This document shows, piece by piece, positions 36,901 through 44,827 of a DNA stretch of 64,000 nt (its first letter is position 1; the number at the start of each line of letters is the position of its first letter). Where the stretch lies: positions 1,920,001 through 1,984,000 of the forward strand of contig OZ220732.1 of assembly GCA_965116905.1 (NCBI GenBank), in the 5' to 3' direction. Below the pieces are notes generated by a model, which was given only the letters and a program-made list of their open reading frames with translations, ran no database searches and was not told the origin of the DNA. The DNA comes from Longimicrobiales bacterium. GTDB lineage: Bacteria; Gemmatimonadota; Gemmatimonadetes; Longimicrobiales; Gaopeijiaceae. The position numbers and the translations under genes are program-made.

Positions 36901-37284
36901 GTTCGGCTTGAGCGGTCTCCGGCGATGCGCTTCCAGCGTCAGCGCCGACTGTCCTATTCGGGCCCCGAAGACTCGCCCGGAGCCGGGCTGCGCGCGCCCG
37001 GGCGCCCCGGTGTCGGACGGGCGTCGCCGGCGGCCCGCTCGGCGCGGGCGGGAAGTCCCGGCCGGGCAGCGGTGGATTCGATGGGCATGGCGGCGAGCGC
37101 GCACCGGGGAGCGGTGTCGCCGTCGCAGGCGGGTGGTCCCGACGTCGGCAGGCTGGCCACCAACCGCGGCGAGGCGAAGGCCAAGGTGCCGGTAACGGTT
37201 ACCAAGGCTCCGGGGCGCAACGAGCCCTGTCCCTGCGGAAGCGGACGGAAATACAAGAAGTGCTGCTACCGTCAGGCGGGATAG
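33943..37284 (+). CDS. secA: preprotein translocase subunit SecA (long form)
   Basis: MATGEGKT, DEVDSILIDEARTPLIISG, QLRGRAGRQGDPG, C-terminal SEC-C motif CPCGSGRKYKKCC. Confidence 0.99.
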   Translation: MIKGVVKKIVGSRHGREVRRLSPLVDEINGHYEGLADLSRDDLTARTEEFKARIAEHTAGTQGEMDSARERKRTSTDPDERETLGLRIGKLEEEYQAQLAEVLEEILPEAFAVVKEACRRLMGTEVRVTGQKLVWDMIPYDVQLIGAAQLHRGRACEMATGEGKTLVATMPLYLNALAGRGAHLVTVNSYLAQRDAEWMGAIYTFLGLTVDCIDLHEPGTPERRAAYNADITYGTNNEFGFDYLRDNMVHSLEQRVQRAHHFAIIDEVDSILIDEARTPLIISGPVSRDTSTPFKQMAPTVGALHRKQNRKVNRLVADAMRMLQAEEDEYVAGEKLLAAKRGGPKNKRLMKLFADQPSVVKLVEKVEGDYMREKRLHEVDEMLLFAMDEKGHNVHLSDHGLDTLSPGDPDAFVVPDLSEVIGDIQDDEALTVDAKRERIAELETEYADKSQRIHVIHQLLKAYTLFHKDERYIIGDNGAIVIVDEFTGRQMPGRRWSDGLHQAVEAKEGVEIRGETQTLATITIQNYFRMYEKLAGMTGTAETEETEFHQIYNLDVSVIPTNRPVARDDREDLMFRTKREKYTAIMDEIERLNRLELPVLVGTTNVEVSETLSRMLRRRRITHNVLNAKQHKRESEIVAEAGQPGAVTIATNMAGRGTDIKLGAGVTDPRTVGWAREHGLDLDSVVSTDPTRYEELDDAAPADHVIEEGGLHILGSERHEARRIDRQLRGRAGRQGDPGASQFFLSLEDDLMRLFGGMERIAAAMDRMGAEEGEVITHRLVTRSIGRAQKRVEGNNFEARKRLLDYDDVMNQQREVIYDLRLFALDGGEDLKAELWDMVHHTMEAVFDDHLPDSELEQGIEVGGLRQRMLLDLHTVLPQVDNEDDPEEVDREEVIALAESSVREAFDRKIESFGEHGERVMSFVMLSTIDGKWKDHLYDLDHLKASIGFRGWGQKDPLVEYKKEAYEMFVGLMDDIRRTVTQQFFRVRLERSPAMRFQRQRRLSYSGPEDSPGAGLRAPGRPGVGRASPAARSARAGSPGRAAVDSMGMAASAHRGAVSPSQAGGPDVGRLATNRGEAKAKVPVTVTKAPGRNEPCPCGSGRKYKKCCYRQAG

Positions 37285-37964
37285 CGGCCACTCCGCCCCC
37301 GGAGACGCGGCCACGTGAGCGGCTTCAGCGCCACGGGCCCGGCCCCCTCTCCGAGCAGGAGCTTCTCGCGCTGGTGATCGGTTCCGGAAGCGCGGCGATG
37401 CCCGCACACCGTCTGGCCGAGCGGGTACTCGACCTGTCCGGGGGACGGCTTCGGGACCTGGCTCGGGTCGACCCGGGCATTCTGGTCGGCATCCCGGGAA
37501 TCGGCCCGGCCATGGCCGCGAGGATCGTCGCGGCCATCGAACTGGGCAAACGCGTGGGGTCCGCCCGCTCCCGTCACGAGGATCCCATATCGGGGCCTGG
37601 AGATGTGCACGACATCTTTGCGCCCGCTCTGGCCCACCTCGCGCACGAGGAATTCCACGTTCTGCTGCTCAACGCCCAGAACATCGCGATCTGCCAGCGG
37701 CAGGTCACGCGGGGCATTCTCGACGCGTCCCTCATCCATCCCCGCGAGGTCTTCCGCGATGCGATCGTTCTCAGGGCGGCGGGCCTGATCCTGGTGCACA
37801 ACCATCCGTCGGGGAATCCGGAGCCTTCCGCAGAGGACCTCAAGGTGACACGGCAGCTGAGCGTTGCGGGAGACCAACTGGGCATCCCGGTCCTGGACCA
37901 CATTATCGTGGCGGGAGGGACGTTTTCGTCGCTTGCGGGGCGGGGCTGTCTGCGGGGACCTTGA
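37260..37964 (+). CDS. radC: RadC/UPF0758 JAB-domain protein
   Basis: RPRERL, HhH GIGPA, HPREVF, HNHPSG, DHII; start uncertain. Confidence 0.93.
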   Translation: MLLPSGGIAATPPPETRPRERLQRHGPGPLSEQELLALVIGSGSAAMPAHRLAERVLDLSGGRLRDLARVDPGILVGIPGIGPAMAARIVAAIELGKRVGSARSRHEDPISGPGDVHDIFAPALAHLAHEEFHVLLLNAQNIAICQRQVTRGILDASLIHPREVFRDAIVLRAAGLILVHNHPSGNPEPSAEDLKVTRQLSVAGDQLGIPVLDHIIVAGGTFSSLAGRGCLRGP

Positions 37965-38001
37965 AGGGGGTTCCGATAACGATCCGATCCGGAGGGGTGC
38001 A

Positions 38002-39909
38002 TTGAACGGGACCAACCCGGCGCGGCGGGAGCGCATCCCCGTTCGCGTCATGAAGGATCATGACGCTATCGCGGCCGAGGTGGCCGGGCGCATCTCGGCG
38101 CTCATGCGGCAGCGTGCCAAGGAGGGCCGCGATGTCGTGCTCGGGCTCGCGACGGGCTCGACGCCCGTGGGCGTCTACCGCGAACTGATTCGGCTGCACC
38201 GCGACGAAGGGCTCGACTTCTCCAACGTCGTCACCTTCAACCTCGACGAGTACTACCCGATGCAGCCTGGCAGCATCCACAGCTACCATCGCTACATGCG
38301 GGAGAACCTCTTCGAGCACGTCAACATCTGTCCCGATCGCTGCCACATACCCCGTGGTGACCTGGCCGGAAAGGAGGTGGAGGCTCACTGTCGCGACTTC
38401 GAGCGCCGCATTCGGGCTGCCGGAGGCATCGACCTGCAGATTCTGGGCATCGGTCGCACAGGTCACATCGGCTTCAACGAACCCGGGTCGGCCCGCCGTT
38501 CGCGCACGCGGCAACTCTACCTCGACACGGTCACGCGGGCCGACGCCGCGGCCGATTTCTTCGGCGAGGAAAACGTGCCGCCGCAGGCGATCACCATGGG
38601 GGTTGCGACCATTCTGGAGGCCCGCGAAGTCGTGCTGCTGGCTACTGGCGAACACAAGGCCGCGATCGTGCGTCGCGCCGTCGAGGGCGAGGTTCATGCC
38701 GATGTGGCCGCTACGTTCCTGCAGCAGCACCCGGCCTCGACCGTCTATCTGGATCCCGCGGCGGCTGCGGATCTCACACGGATCCGCACGCCCTGGCTGG
38801 TCGGAGATGTTGAATGGACGCCCCACTGGGAGACCGAGGCGGTGGTCTGGCTCAGCCAGCGCACCGGCAAGCCCATCCTCCACCTGGCCACCGACGACTA
38901 CCGGGAGCACCACCTCGGGTCGCTGGTGTCGCGATATGGGTCGGCCGAGCCGCTCAACGGGGAGGTCTTCAATACCCTGATCGCCAAGATCCGCGGCAAG
39001 AGTCGACTGCCGCGCGGCCAGAGGATGCTGGTTTTCTCGCCGCACCCCGACGACGACGTGATCTCGATGGGAGGGCTGCTGCGGAAGCTCACGGAGAACG
39101 GCAACCACGTTACCGTCGCCTACCAGACGTCGGGGAACATCGCCGTCTTCGACCACGAGGTGCGGCGCTACCTGGACTTCATGCGCAGGACGGCCAGGGT
39201 GATCGACCTTGGGGACAGGGAAGTCCTGGAGGACGTCTTGAGGTCCGTGGAGGAGGATCTTGCCGGGAAGGAGCCCGGTGACGTCGATTCCGCCGTCGTG
39301 CAGGATCTGAAACGGATCATCCGCGAGAGCGAGGCGTCGGCGGGCATTGCCGAACTGGGCCTGTCCACCGATCACGCGCGCTTCCTCAACATGCCGTTCT
39401 ACCAGACGGGGGAGGTCAGGAAGGATCCGATCTCGGAGGCCGACGTGCAGATCGTCGTCGGCCTGCTGGAGGAAGTGCGTCCGACGATGGTGTTCGCCGC
39501 GGGCGACCTGTCCGACCCGCACGGAACCCACCGCATGTGCCTGGAGGCGGTCGAGCGTGCACTCGCGCGCTACGGCGGCGACCCGCCCTGGCTCTGGCTG
39601 TATCGCGGCGCCTGGCAGGAGTGGAGCGTGAACGAGGCGACGGTGCTCGTACCGCTTTCGGACGGCGAGATGCGCGCCAAGGTGCAGGCGATCTTCCGGC
39701 ACGAGTCGCAGAAGGATTCGGCTCCCTTCCCCGGTCCGGACGACCGCGAGTTCTGGCAGCGTGTGGTCGACCGCAACCGGGGGACGGCGGACCTGCTTCA
39801 GTCACTGGGACTGCCCGCGTATCGTGCCATGGAGGCGTACGTGACGTTGCGGGCGGGGTGCCGGGTGGAGGCGCAGGAGATTCCGACATCGTCGCTGGCG
39901 GAGAAGTAG
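38002..39909 (+). CDS. nagB: glucosamine-6-phosphate deaminase fused to PIG-L-like deacetylase domain
   Basis: GLATGSTP, FNLDEY, GHIGFNEPG; C-terminal SPHPDDDVISMGG and DPHGTH; TTG start after GGAGG. Confidence 0.93.
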   Translation: MNGTNPARRERIPVRVMKDHDAIAAEVAGRISALMRQRAKEGRDVVLGLATGSTPVGVYRELIRLHRDEGLDFSNVVTFNLDEYYPMQPGSIHSYHRYMRENLFEHVNICPDRCHIPRGDLAGKEVEAHCRDFERRIRAAGGIDLQILGIGRTGHIGFNEPGSARRSRTRQLYLDTVTRADAAADFFGEENVPPQAITMGVATILEAREVVLLATGEHKAAIVRRAVEGEVHADVAATFLQQHPASTVYLDPAAAADLTRIRTPWLVGDVEWTPHWETEAVVWLSQRTGKPILHLATDDYREHHLGSLVSRYGSAEPLNGEVFNTLIAKIRGKSRLPRGQRMLVFSPHPDDDVISMGGLLRKLTENGNHVTVAYQTSGNIAVFDHEVRRYLDFMRRTARVIDLGDREVLEDVLRSVEEDLAGKEPGDVDSAVVQDLKRIIRESEASAGIAELGLSTDHARFLNMPFYQTGEVRKDPISEADVQIVVGLLEEVRPTMVFAAGDLSDPHGTHRMCLEAVERALARYGGDPPWLWLYRGAWQEWSVNEATVLVPLSDGEMRAKVQAIFRHESQKDSAPFPGPDDREFWQRVVDRNRGTADLLQSLGLPAYRAMEAYVTLRAGCRVEAQEIPTSSLAEK

Positions 39910-39978
39910 TGGCAGCCCCTGTGCGGTCCCTCTGCTAGATTTCGGTTCCCCACACAGGCCGCGAGGAGAAGCCCAACG

Positions 39979-40143
39979 ATGTCAGAGTGTCCCGTATGTG
40001 CCGGAGAAGTCGAGATCTCTCCCGACCCCGTGGAAGGAGAGTTGCTGGAATGCGACGAGTGCGGCGTCGAACTCGAGATTCTGGCCCTGAAACCCCTAAC
40101 GCTCGGGGAGGCTCCCGAAGCGGAAGAGGATTGGGGGGAATGA
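39979..40143 (+). CDS. lysW: LysW/ArgW amino-group carrier protein (54 aa)
   Basis: [54 protein letters not shown]: two CxxC plus diagnostic C-terminal EDWGE; GAGGAG RBS; not in ORF track. Confidence 0.97.
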   Translation: MSECPVCAGEVEISPDPVEGELLECDECGVELEILALKPLTLGEAPEAEEDWGE

Positions 40144-40985
40144 GGGTAGGCTTCCTTCATTCCCTGATCCGGAAGGACGAGAAGCTCCTGATCGCGGAAC
40201 TCCGGAAGCGGGACGACATGGAGCTGGTCTTCCTGGACGACCGCAAACTCGTCCTGGACCTTGGGCACGCCCCCGAAGTCGACATCGTGCTGGAGCGGTC
40301 GATCAACCATTCGCGAGCCATGCACGCGTTGCGCCTCTTCGAGGGCGCGGGCACGCGGTGCGTCAACACCTATGAAGTCGCGCGCCGGTGCGGGGACAAG
40401 ATCCTCACCGCCGTGTCGCTGCAGGAGAGCGGGGTGCCTCAGCCCGAGGTGCGCGTCGCGTTTACGCCCGAGTCGGCGCTGGTGGCGATCGAGGAGCTGG
40501 GCTACCCGGCCGTGCTCAAGCCGGCGGTCGGTTCGTGGGGCCGCCTGCTGTCGAAGATCAACGACCGGGACGCGGCGGAGACCGTGCTCGAGCACAAGTC
40601 CATCCTGGGCAGCTACCACCATTCGATCTTCTTCGTGCAGGAGTACGTGGAGAAGAACGGCCGCGACATCCGCGCATTCGTGGTCGGCGACCAGTGCGTC
40701 GCGGCGATCTACCGCTCGTCCGAGCACTGGATCACCAACACCGCCCGGGGCGCCCGCGCCACCAACTGCCCCGTGACCGTCCCCCTCGCCGAGATGGCCC
40801 TGCGCGCTGCGGACGCGGTCGGCGGCGGGGTCCTTGCGGTCGACCTCTTCGAGACCGCGGACGGCCTCCTGGTCAACGAGGTCAACTACACGATGGAGTT
40901 CCGCAACAGCGTCGACGTCACGGGGGTGAACATCCCCGAGCGCGTCGTGTCCTACGTGGCGGCGGCCGGATCGTCCCGCCCATGA
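40140..40985 (+). CDS. lysX: LysW--alpha-aminoadipate ligase (ATP-grasp, RimK family)
   Basis: [42 protein letters not shown] overlaps lysW stop. Confidence 0.95.
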   Translation: MRVGFLHSLIRKDEKLLIAELRKRDDMELVFLDDRKLVLDLGHAPEVDIVLERSINHSRAMHALRLFEGAGTRCVNTYEVARRCGDKILTAVSLQESGVPQPEVRVAFTPESALVAIEELGYPAVLKPAVGSWGRLLSKINDRDAAETVLEHKSILGSYHHSIFFVQEYVEKNGRDIRAFVVGDQCVAAIYRSSEHWITNTARGARATNCPVTVPLAEMALRAADAVGGGVLAVDLFETADGLLVNEVNYTMEFRNSVDVTGVNIPERVVSYVAAAGSSRP

Positions 40986-42004
40986 TCCGGGTCGCGATCG
41001 CGGGGGGCTCCGGCTATGCCGGCGGCGAGCTGTTACGGCTGCTCACTGCGCACCCCGATGCGGACGTCGTCCAGATCACGTCGGAACGACTGGCCGGCAA
41101 GCTCGCGCACCGTGCCCACCCCAATCTGCGCGGCAACACGCGGCTCCGCTTCCGCACCCTCGGCGAACTGAACGAGTGCGACGTCCTCTTTTCCTGCCTG
41201 CCGCACGGCGAGTCCGCGCGTCGTATCGACGACTTCCGCCGCATCGCTCCCCGCGTGATCGACCTCGGCGCCGACTTCCGCCTGGGCGATGCCACCGAAT
41301 ACGAGCGCTTTTACGGGAGCCAGCACCCCCGCCCCGACCTGCTTGGCCGATTCGTCTACGGGATCGCGGAACTGAACCGGGACGCACTCGCCCATGCCGA
41401 CCTGGTGGCGTGCGCCGGTTGCAACGCGACGGCCGCGATCCTCGCGCTTCGTCCCTTGTACCTGGAGGGAGTGGCGGACTCGGCGGTGGTCGAGGTGAAG
41501 GTCGGCTCGAGCGAGGCCGGCAACCGCCCGACGCCCGGGAGCCACCATCCCGAGCGGAGCGGCGCCATGCGCTCGTACAAGCCCACCGGGCATCGCCACC
41601 TGGCCGAGATTCGCGCCGCGCTAGGGGGAGACATTCACTTTTCGGCGACCGCGGTCGAGATGGTGCGGGGTGTCCTCGCCACCTGTCACGCATTCGTGAA
41701 CCGCGACCTCGACGACAAGGCGCTGTGGCGGATCTATCGGAAGGCCTACGCCTCCGAACCCTTCGTCCGAATCGTCAAGGAACGCGCCGGGATCCATCGG
41801 TACCCGGACCCCAGTCTGCTTGCGGGCTCGAACTACTGCGATGTCGGATTCGAGCGCGATCCGCTGGCCGGACGCGTCGTGGTGGTGAGCGCGATCGACA
41901 ACCTCATGAAGGGAGCGGCCGGGCAGGCGGTGCAGGCCTTCAACGTGATGCATGGTCTTCCCGAGACCCGTGGGCTGGAGTTCCCCGGCCTGCACCCGGC
42001 CTGA
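40982..42004 (+). CDS. lysY: [LysW]-aminoadipate 6-phosphate reductase (ArgC family)
   Basis: [45 protein letters not shown]. Confidence 0.93.
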   Translation: MIRVAIAGGSGYAGGELLRLLTAHPDADVVQITSERLAGKLAHRAHPNLRGNTRLRFRTLGELNECDVLFSCLPHGESARRIDDFRRIAPRVIDLGADFRLGDATEYERFYGSQHPRPDLLGRFVYGIAELNRDALAHADLVACAGCNATAAILALRPLYLEGVADSAVVEVKVGSSEAGNRPTPGSHHPERSGAMRSYKPTGHRHLAEIRAALGGDIHFSATAVEMVRGVLATCHAFVNRDLDDKALWRIYRKAYASEPFVRIVKERAGIHRYPDPSLLAGSNYCDVGFERDPLAGRVVVVSAIDNLMKGAAGQAVQAFNVMHGLPETRGLEFPGLHPA

Positions 42005-42011
42005 CCGGCCG

Positions 42012-42749
42012 ATGTGCCGCCTGTTGTGCGTTCAGGGCCGCGAGGCCTTCGAGATGGCGGGTCACCTCGATGCGTTCGCAGCCGTCGCCAGAGACTGCCG
42101 TGAGTATCAGGGTCACGGCTGGGGATGCGCGTGGCTCGACCGCGGCGTGTGGCGGCTCCACCACGATATCGCACCGATCTGGGAGGATTCCTGGAGGCCG
42201 CCGGGCCGGACGAAGCTGCTCGTGGCTCATGCGAGAAGCGCGTTCCGCGACGAGGGAATCCGCGTGGAGAACAATATGCCGTTCACCGACGGAGAACGCG
42301 TGTTCGTCTTCAACGGCGAACTCCACGGCGTGAGGATCAAGGAGCGGGGCCGAATCGGCGCCGAGAAGGTGTTCAACTTCGTCAAGCGCTTCGATCGCGG
42401 AGATTTCGGGCTGGCGCTGCAGCGGGGACTCGGGGTGATCGAGAAGCGCACCCGCCACGTGCGTGCAATGAACCTGATCGTGGCCGACCGGTCGGCTCAG
42501 GTTCACGTTGCGATGAACTTCCGGGAGGATCCCGAATACTTTCAAATGCACACTGCGGAATCGGACGGTTTCCGGATCGTCTGCTCCGATCCCTATCCCG
42601 AGTCCACCGGGCGCCGCCCGTCCGAGGCGTCCGGCGGGTTGCCCGAGCCCTTTGCGCCCGAAGCCCATGCGGGGGCGGCCGTGGCGTGGGTTCCCCTGCG
42701 GAAGGGTGAGGTGCTGACCTTCAACCGCGAACCGTCCGGCCAGCGATGA
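42012..42749 (+). CDS. class II glutamine amidotransferase / Ntn-hydrolase (EgtC/DUG3/YafJ-like)
   Basis: N-terminal M-C-R (Cys nucleophile), HGWG, AHARSA, ENNMPF, FNGEL motifs. Confidence 0.88.
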   Translation: MCRLLCVQGREAFEMAGHLDAFAAVARDCREYQGHGWGCAWLDRGVWRLHHDIAPIWEDSWRPPGRTKLLVAHARSAFRDEGIRVENNMPFTDGERVFVFNGELHGVRIKERGRIGAEKVFNFVKRFDRGDFGLALQRGLGVIEKRTRHVRAMNLIVADRSAQVHVAMNFREDPEYFQMHTAESDGFRIVCSDPYPESTGRRPSEASGGLPEPFAPEAHAGAAVAWVPLRKGEVLTFNREPSGQR

Positions 42750-42762
42750 ATGGAGTGACAAG

Positions 42763-43554
42763 GTGCTGCTCGTAAAGATCGGCGGCGGTGAGTCAATCAA
42801 TCTGGCGGGCATCGCCAGCGACCTTGCCGATGTCGATGATTCCGTCTGCATCGTCCACGGGGCCAACGCGCTTCGTGACGACCTGGCGCGGCGGCTGGAG
42901 GTGGACAAGCAGGTTCTGACCTCCGTTTCGGGTTACACCAGCGTGTACACGGACGAGAAGCTCATGGACGTGATGCTCATGGCCTACTCGGGGCTCCGCA
43001 ACAAGCGCCTGGTGGAGCTGTTGCAGAGGCACGGGGTGAATGCGGTGGGACTTACCGGCCTGGACGGTGCTCTCGTTCGCGGCACGCGCAACAAGGGCAT
43101 CCGCGTGCGGCAGGGTGGGAAGACCCTGATCAAGCGGGATCTGTCGGGCAAGCCGGTCACGGTGAACGGGCAACTGCTCCGGCTCCTGCTGGACAACGGC
43201 TACACGCCGGTCGTGACCGTGCCGGTGATCGACGAAAACAGTTTTGCCATCAACTCGGAAAACGACGACGTCGTCGCCGCGTTGAATACGGTGCTGAAGG
43301 CGAGCATAGTGGTGCAATTGATCGAGGCGCCCGGCATCCTGGAGGACCGTCACGACCCCGGATCCCTGATCCGGCGCATCCCGCGTGGCGAATTGGCCGA
43401 TCGGGAGAAGCGTGTGGCTGGCCGCATGAAACGCAAGCTGCTGGCGCTCAGACGGCTCACCGAAGAGTCGTCGACGCAGGTGGTGGTGGCGGACGGACGC
43501 CGCGAAAAGCCGCTGACGGATGCGCTGGCCGGCGAGGGGACCGTGATCCTGTGA
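42763..43554 (+). CDS. lysZ: [LysW]-aminoadipate kinase (ArgB family)
   Basis: VKIGG, IVHGAN, TSVSGYTSVYTD, GLTGLDG, GRMKRKL. Confidence 0.93.
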   Translation: MLLVKIGGGESINLAGIASDLADVDDSVCIVHGANALRDDLARRLEVDKQVLTSVSGYTSVYTDEKLMDVMLMAYSGLRNKRLVELLQRHGVNAVGLTGLDGALVRGTRNKGIRVRQGGKTLIKRDLSGKPVTVNGQLLRLLLDNGYTPVVTVPVIDENSFAINSENDDVVAALNTVLKASIVVQLIEAPGILEDRHDPGSLIRRIPRGELADREKRVAGRMKRKLLALRRLTEESSTQVVVADGRREKPLTDALAGEGTVIL

Positions 43555-44747
43555 GCACACGCGCGGACCGGCCCGGCAAGGCAGTTCCCGAGCCTCGGGA
43601 CGCGCAGGCGACCGAGCGCGCCTATGGGCTTGAAGTCTATCCCAAGCGTGACCTTACAGTCGTCAGGGGAAGGGGAGCGGAGGTCTGGGACGACAACGGC
43701 CGCCGCTACATCGACTGCGTCGCTGGGATCGGGGTGGCAAGTGTCGGACACGCCAACGCTGCGGTCGCCGCGGCCGTGGCCGAACAGGCGCGAACGCTTG
43801 TGACCTGCCCCGGGATCTTCTACAACGACACGCGCGCGCGTCTGCTGGAGAAGCTGGCCGAGGTGGCCCCCGAAGGCCTCTCACACGCCTTTCTTTGCAA
43901 CTCGGGAACCGAGGCGATCGAGGCGGCGTTCAAGTTCGCGCGCATCGTGACGGGACGCGTCGGAGTCGTTTCGACCATGCGTGGGTTTCACGGCCGGACG
44001 CTCGGGGCCCTCAGCGCGACGCACAGGAAGGACTACCGGGAGCGGTTCAAGCCCCTCGTCCCGGGCTTCTCGTTCGTGCCGTTCAACAATGTGGACAAGC
44101 TGCGCGCGGCGGTGAGCGAAGCCACGGCGGCGGTGGTGATCGAGCCCATCCAGGGGGAGGGGGGAATCCGTCCCGCAAACGCGGAGTTCCTCCATGCGGC
44201 GCGCGAGGCATGCGATGAAGCGGGCGCCCTCCTGATCTTCGACGAGATCCAGACCGGCTTTTGCCGTACGGGCAGGATGTTCGCGTGCGAGCACTACGAG
44301 GTGACGCCGGACATCCTGTGCCTCGCCAAGGCGATGGGCGGCGGAGTGCCGATCGGGGCGGTGCTCGCGGTCGACCGGGTCAGCCCGCCAGTCGGCAAGC
44401 ACGGCACCACGTTCGGCGGGAATCCGCTCGCCTGCGCGGCCGCCCTGGCCGCGATCCGGTTCATGGAGGATGAGCGGTTGGCGGAGCGGGCGGCACGTCT
44501 CGGCACCCGCTTCCGCACACGGTTCGAGCGGCACTCGCCCGCTCGCGTGCGGGCGCTTCGTCAGGTCGGTCTGATGATCGGCGTCGAACTGCGCGAACGC
44601 TGCGTGCCGTACCTCAAGGCGCTGATGGAGCGAGGCGTGCTGGCGCTGCCGGCTGGAAAGACCGTGATCCGCGTGCTGCCGCCGCTGGTGATCAGCGAGG
44701 AGCAGATCGACGAAGTCGTGGACACGCTGGTTGACGTATTGGCCTAG
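43551..44747 (+). CDS. lysJ: [LysW]-aminoadipate semialdehyde transaminase (ArgD family, PLP)
   Basis: [44 protein letters not shown]. Confidence 0.92.
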   Translation: MSTRADRPGKAVPEPRDAQATERAYGLEVYPKRDLTVVRGRGAEVWDDNGRRYIDCVAGIGVASVGHANAAVAAAVAEQARTLVTCPGIFYNDTRARLLEKLAEVAPEGLSHAFLCNSGTEAIEAAFKFARIVTGRVGVVSTMRGFHGRTLGALSATHRKDYRERFKPLVPGFSFVPFNNVDKLRAAVSEATAAVVIEPIQGEGGIRPANAEFLHAAREACDEAGALLIFDEIQTGFCRTGRMFACEHYEVTPDILCLAKAMGGGVPIGAVLAVDRVSPPVGKHGTTFGGNPLACAAALAAIRFMEDERLAERAARLGTRFRTRFERHSPARVRALRQVGLMIGVELRERCVPYLKALMERGVLALPAGKTVIRVLPPLVISEEQIDEVVDTLVDVLA

Positions 44748-44827
44748 TGTCGCGTACCGGACCGGTGGCCGTGCAGAGCTCGGCCTGCCGCGGAAGCTGA
44801 TCGACCAGCGGCGGCCGGGACGCCAAG

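Noticed and set aside
37260..37964. radC as marker of a mobile element
   Set aside because: Full-length chromosomal form with N-terminal and HhH regions, in a housekeeping context; no integrase or att site seen.
38002..39909. NagB fused to PIG-L-like deacetylase as a novelty, or as the missing LysK substitute
   Set aside because: This fusion is a known, widespread NagB form, and nothing links it chemically to LysW beyond adjacency.
44748..44827. Possible lysK remnant after lysJ
   Set aside because: Only 80 nt, with no M20 peptidase-like sequence recognisable in any frame.
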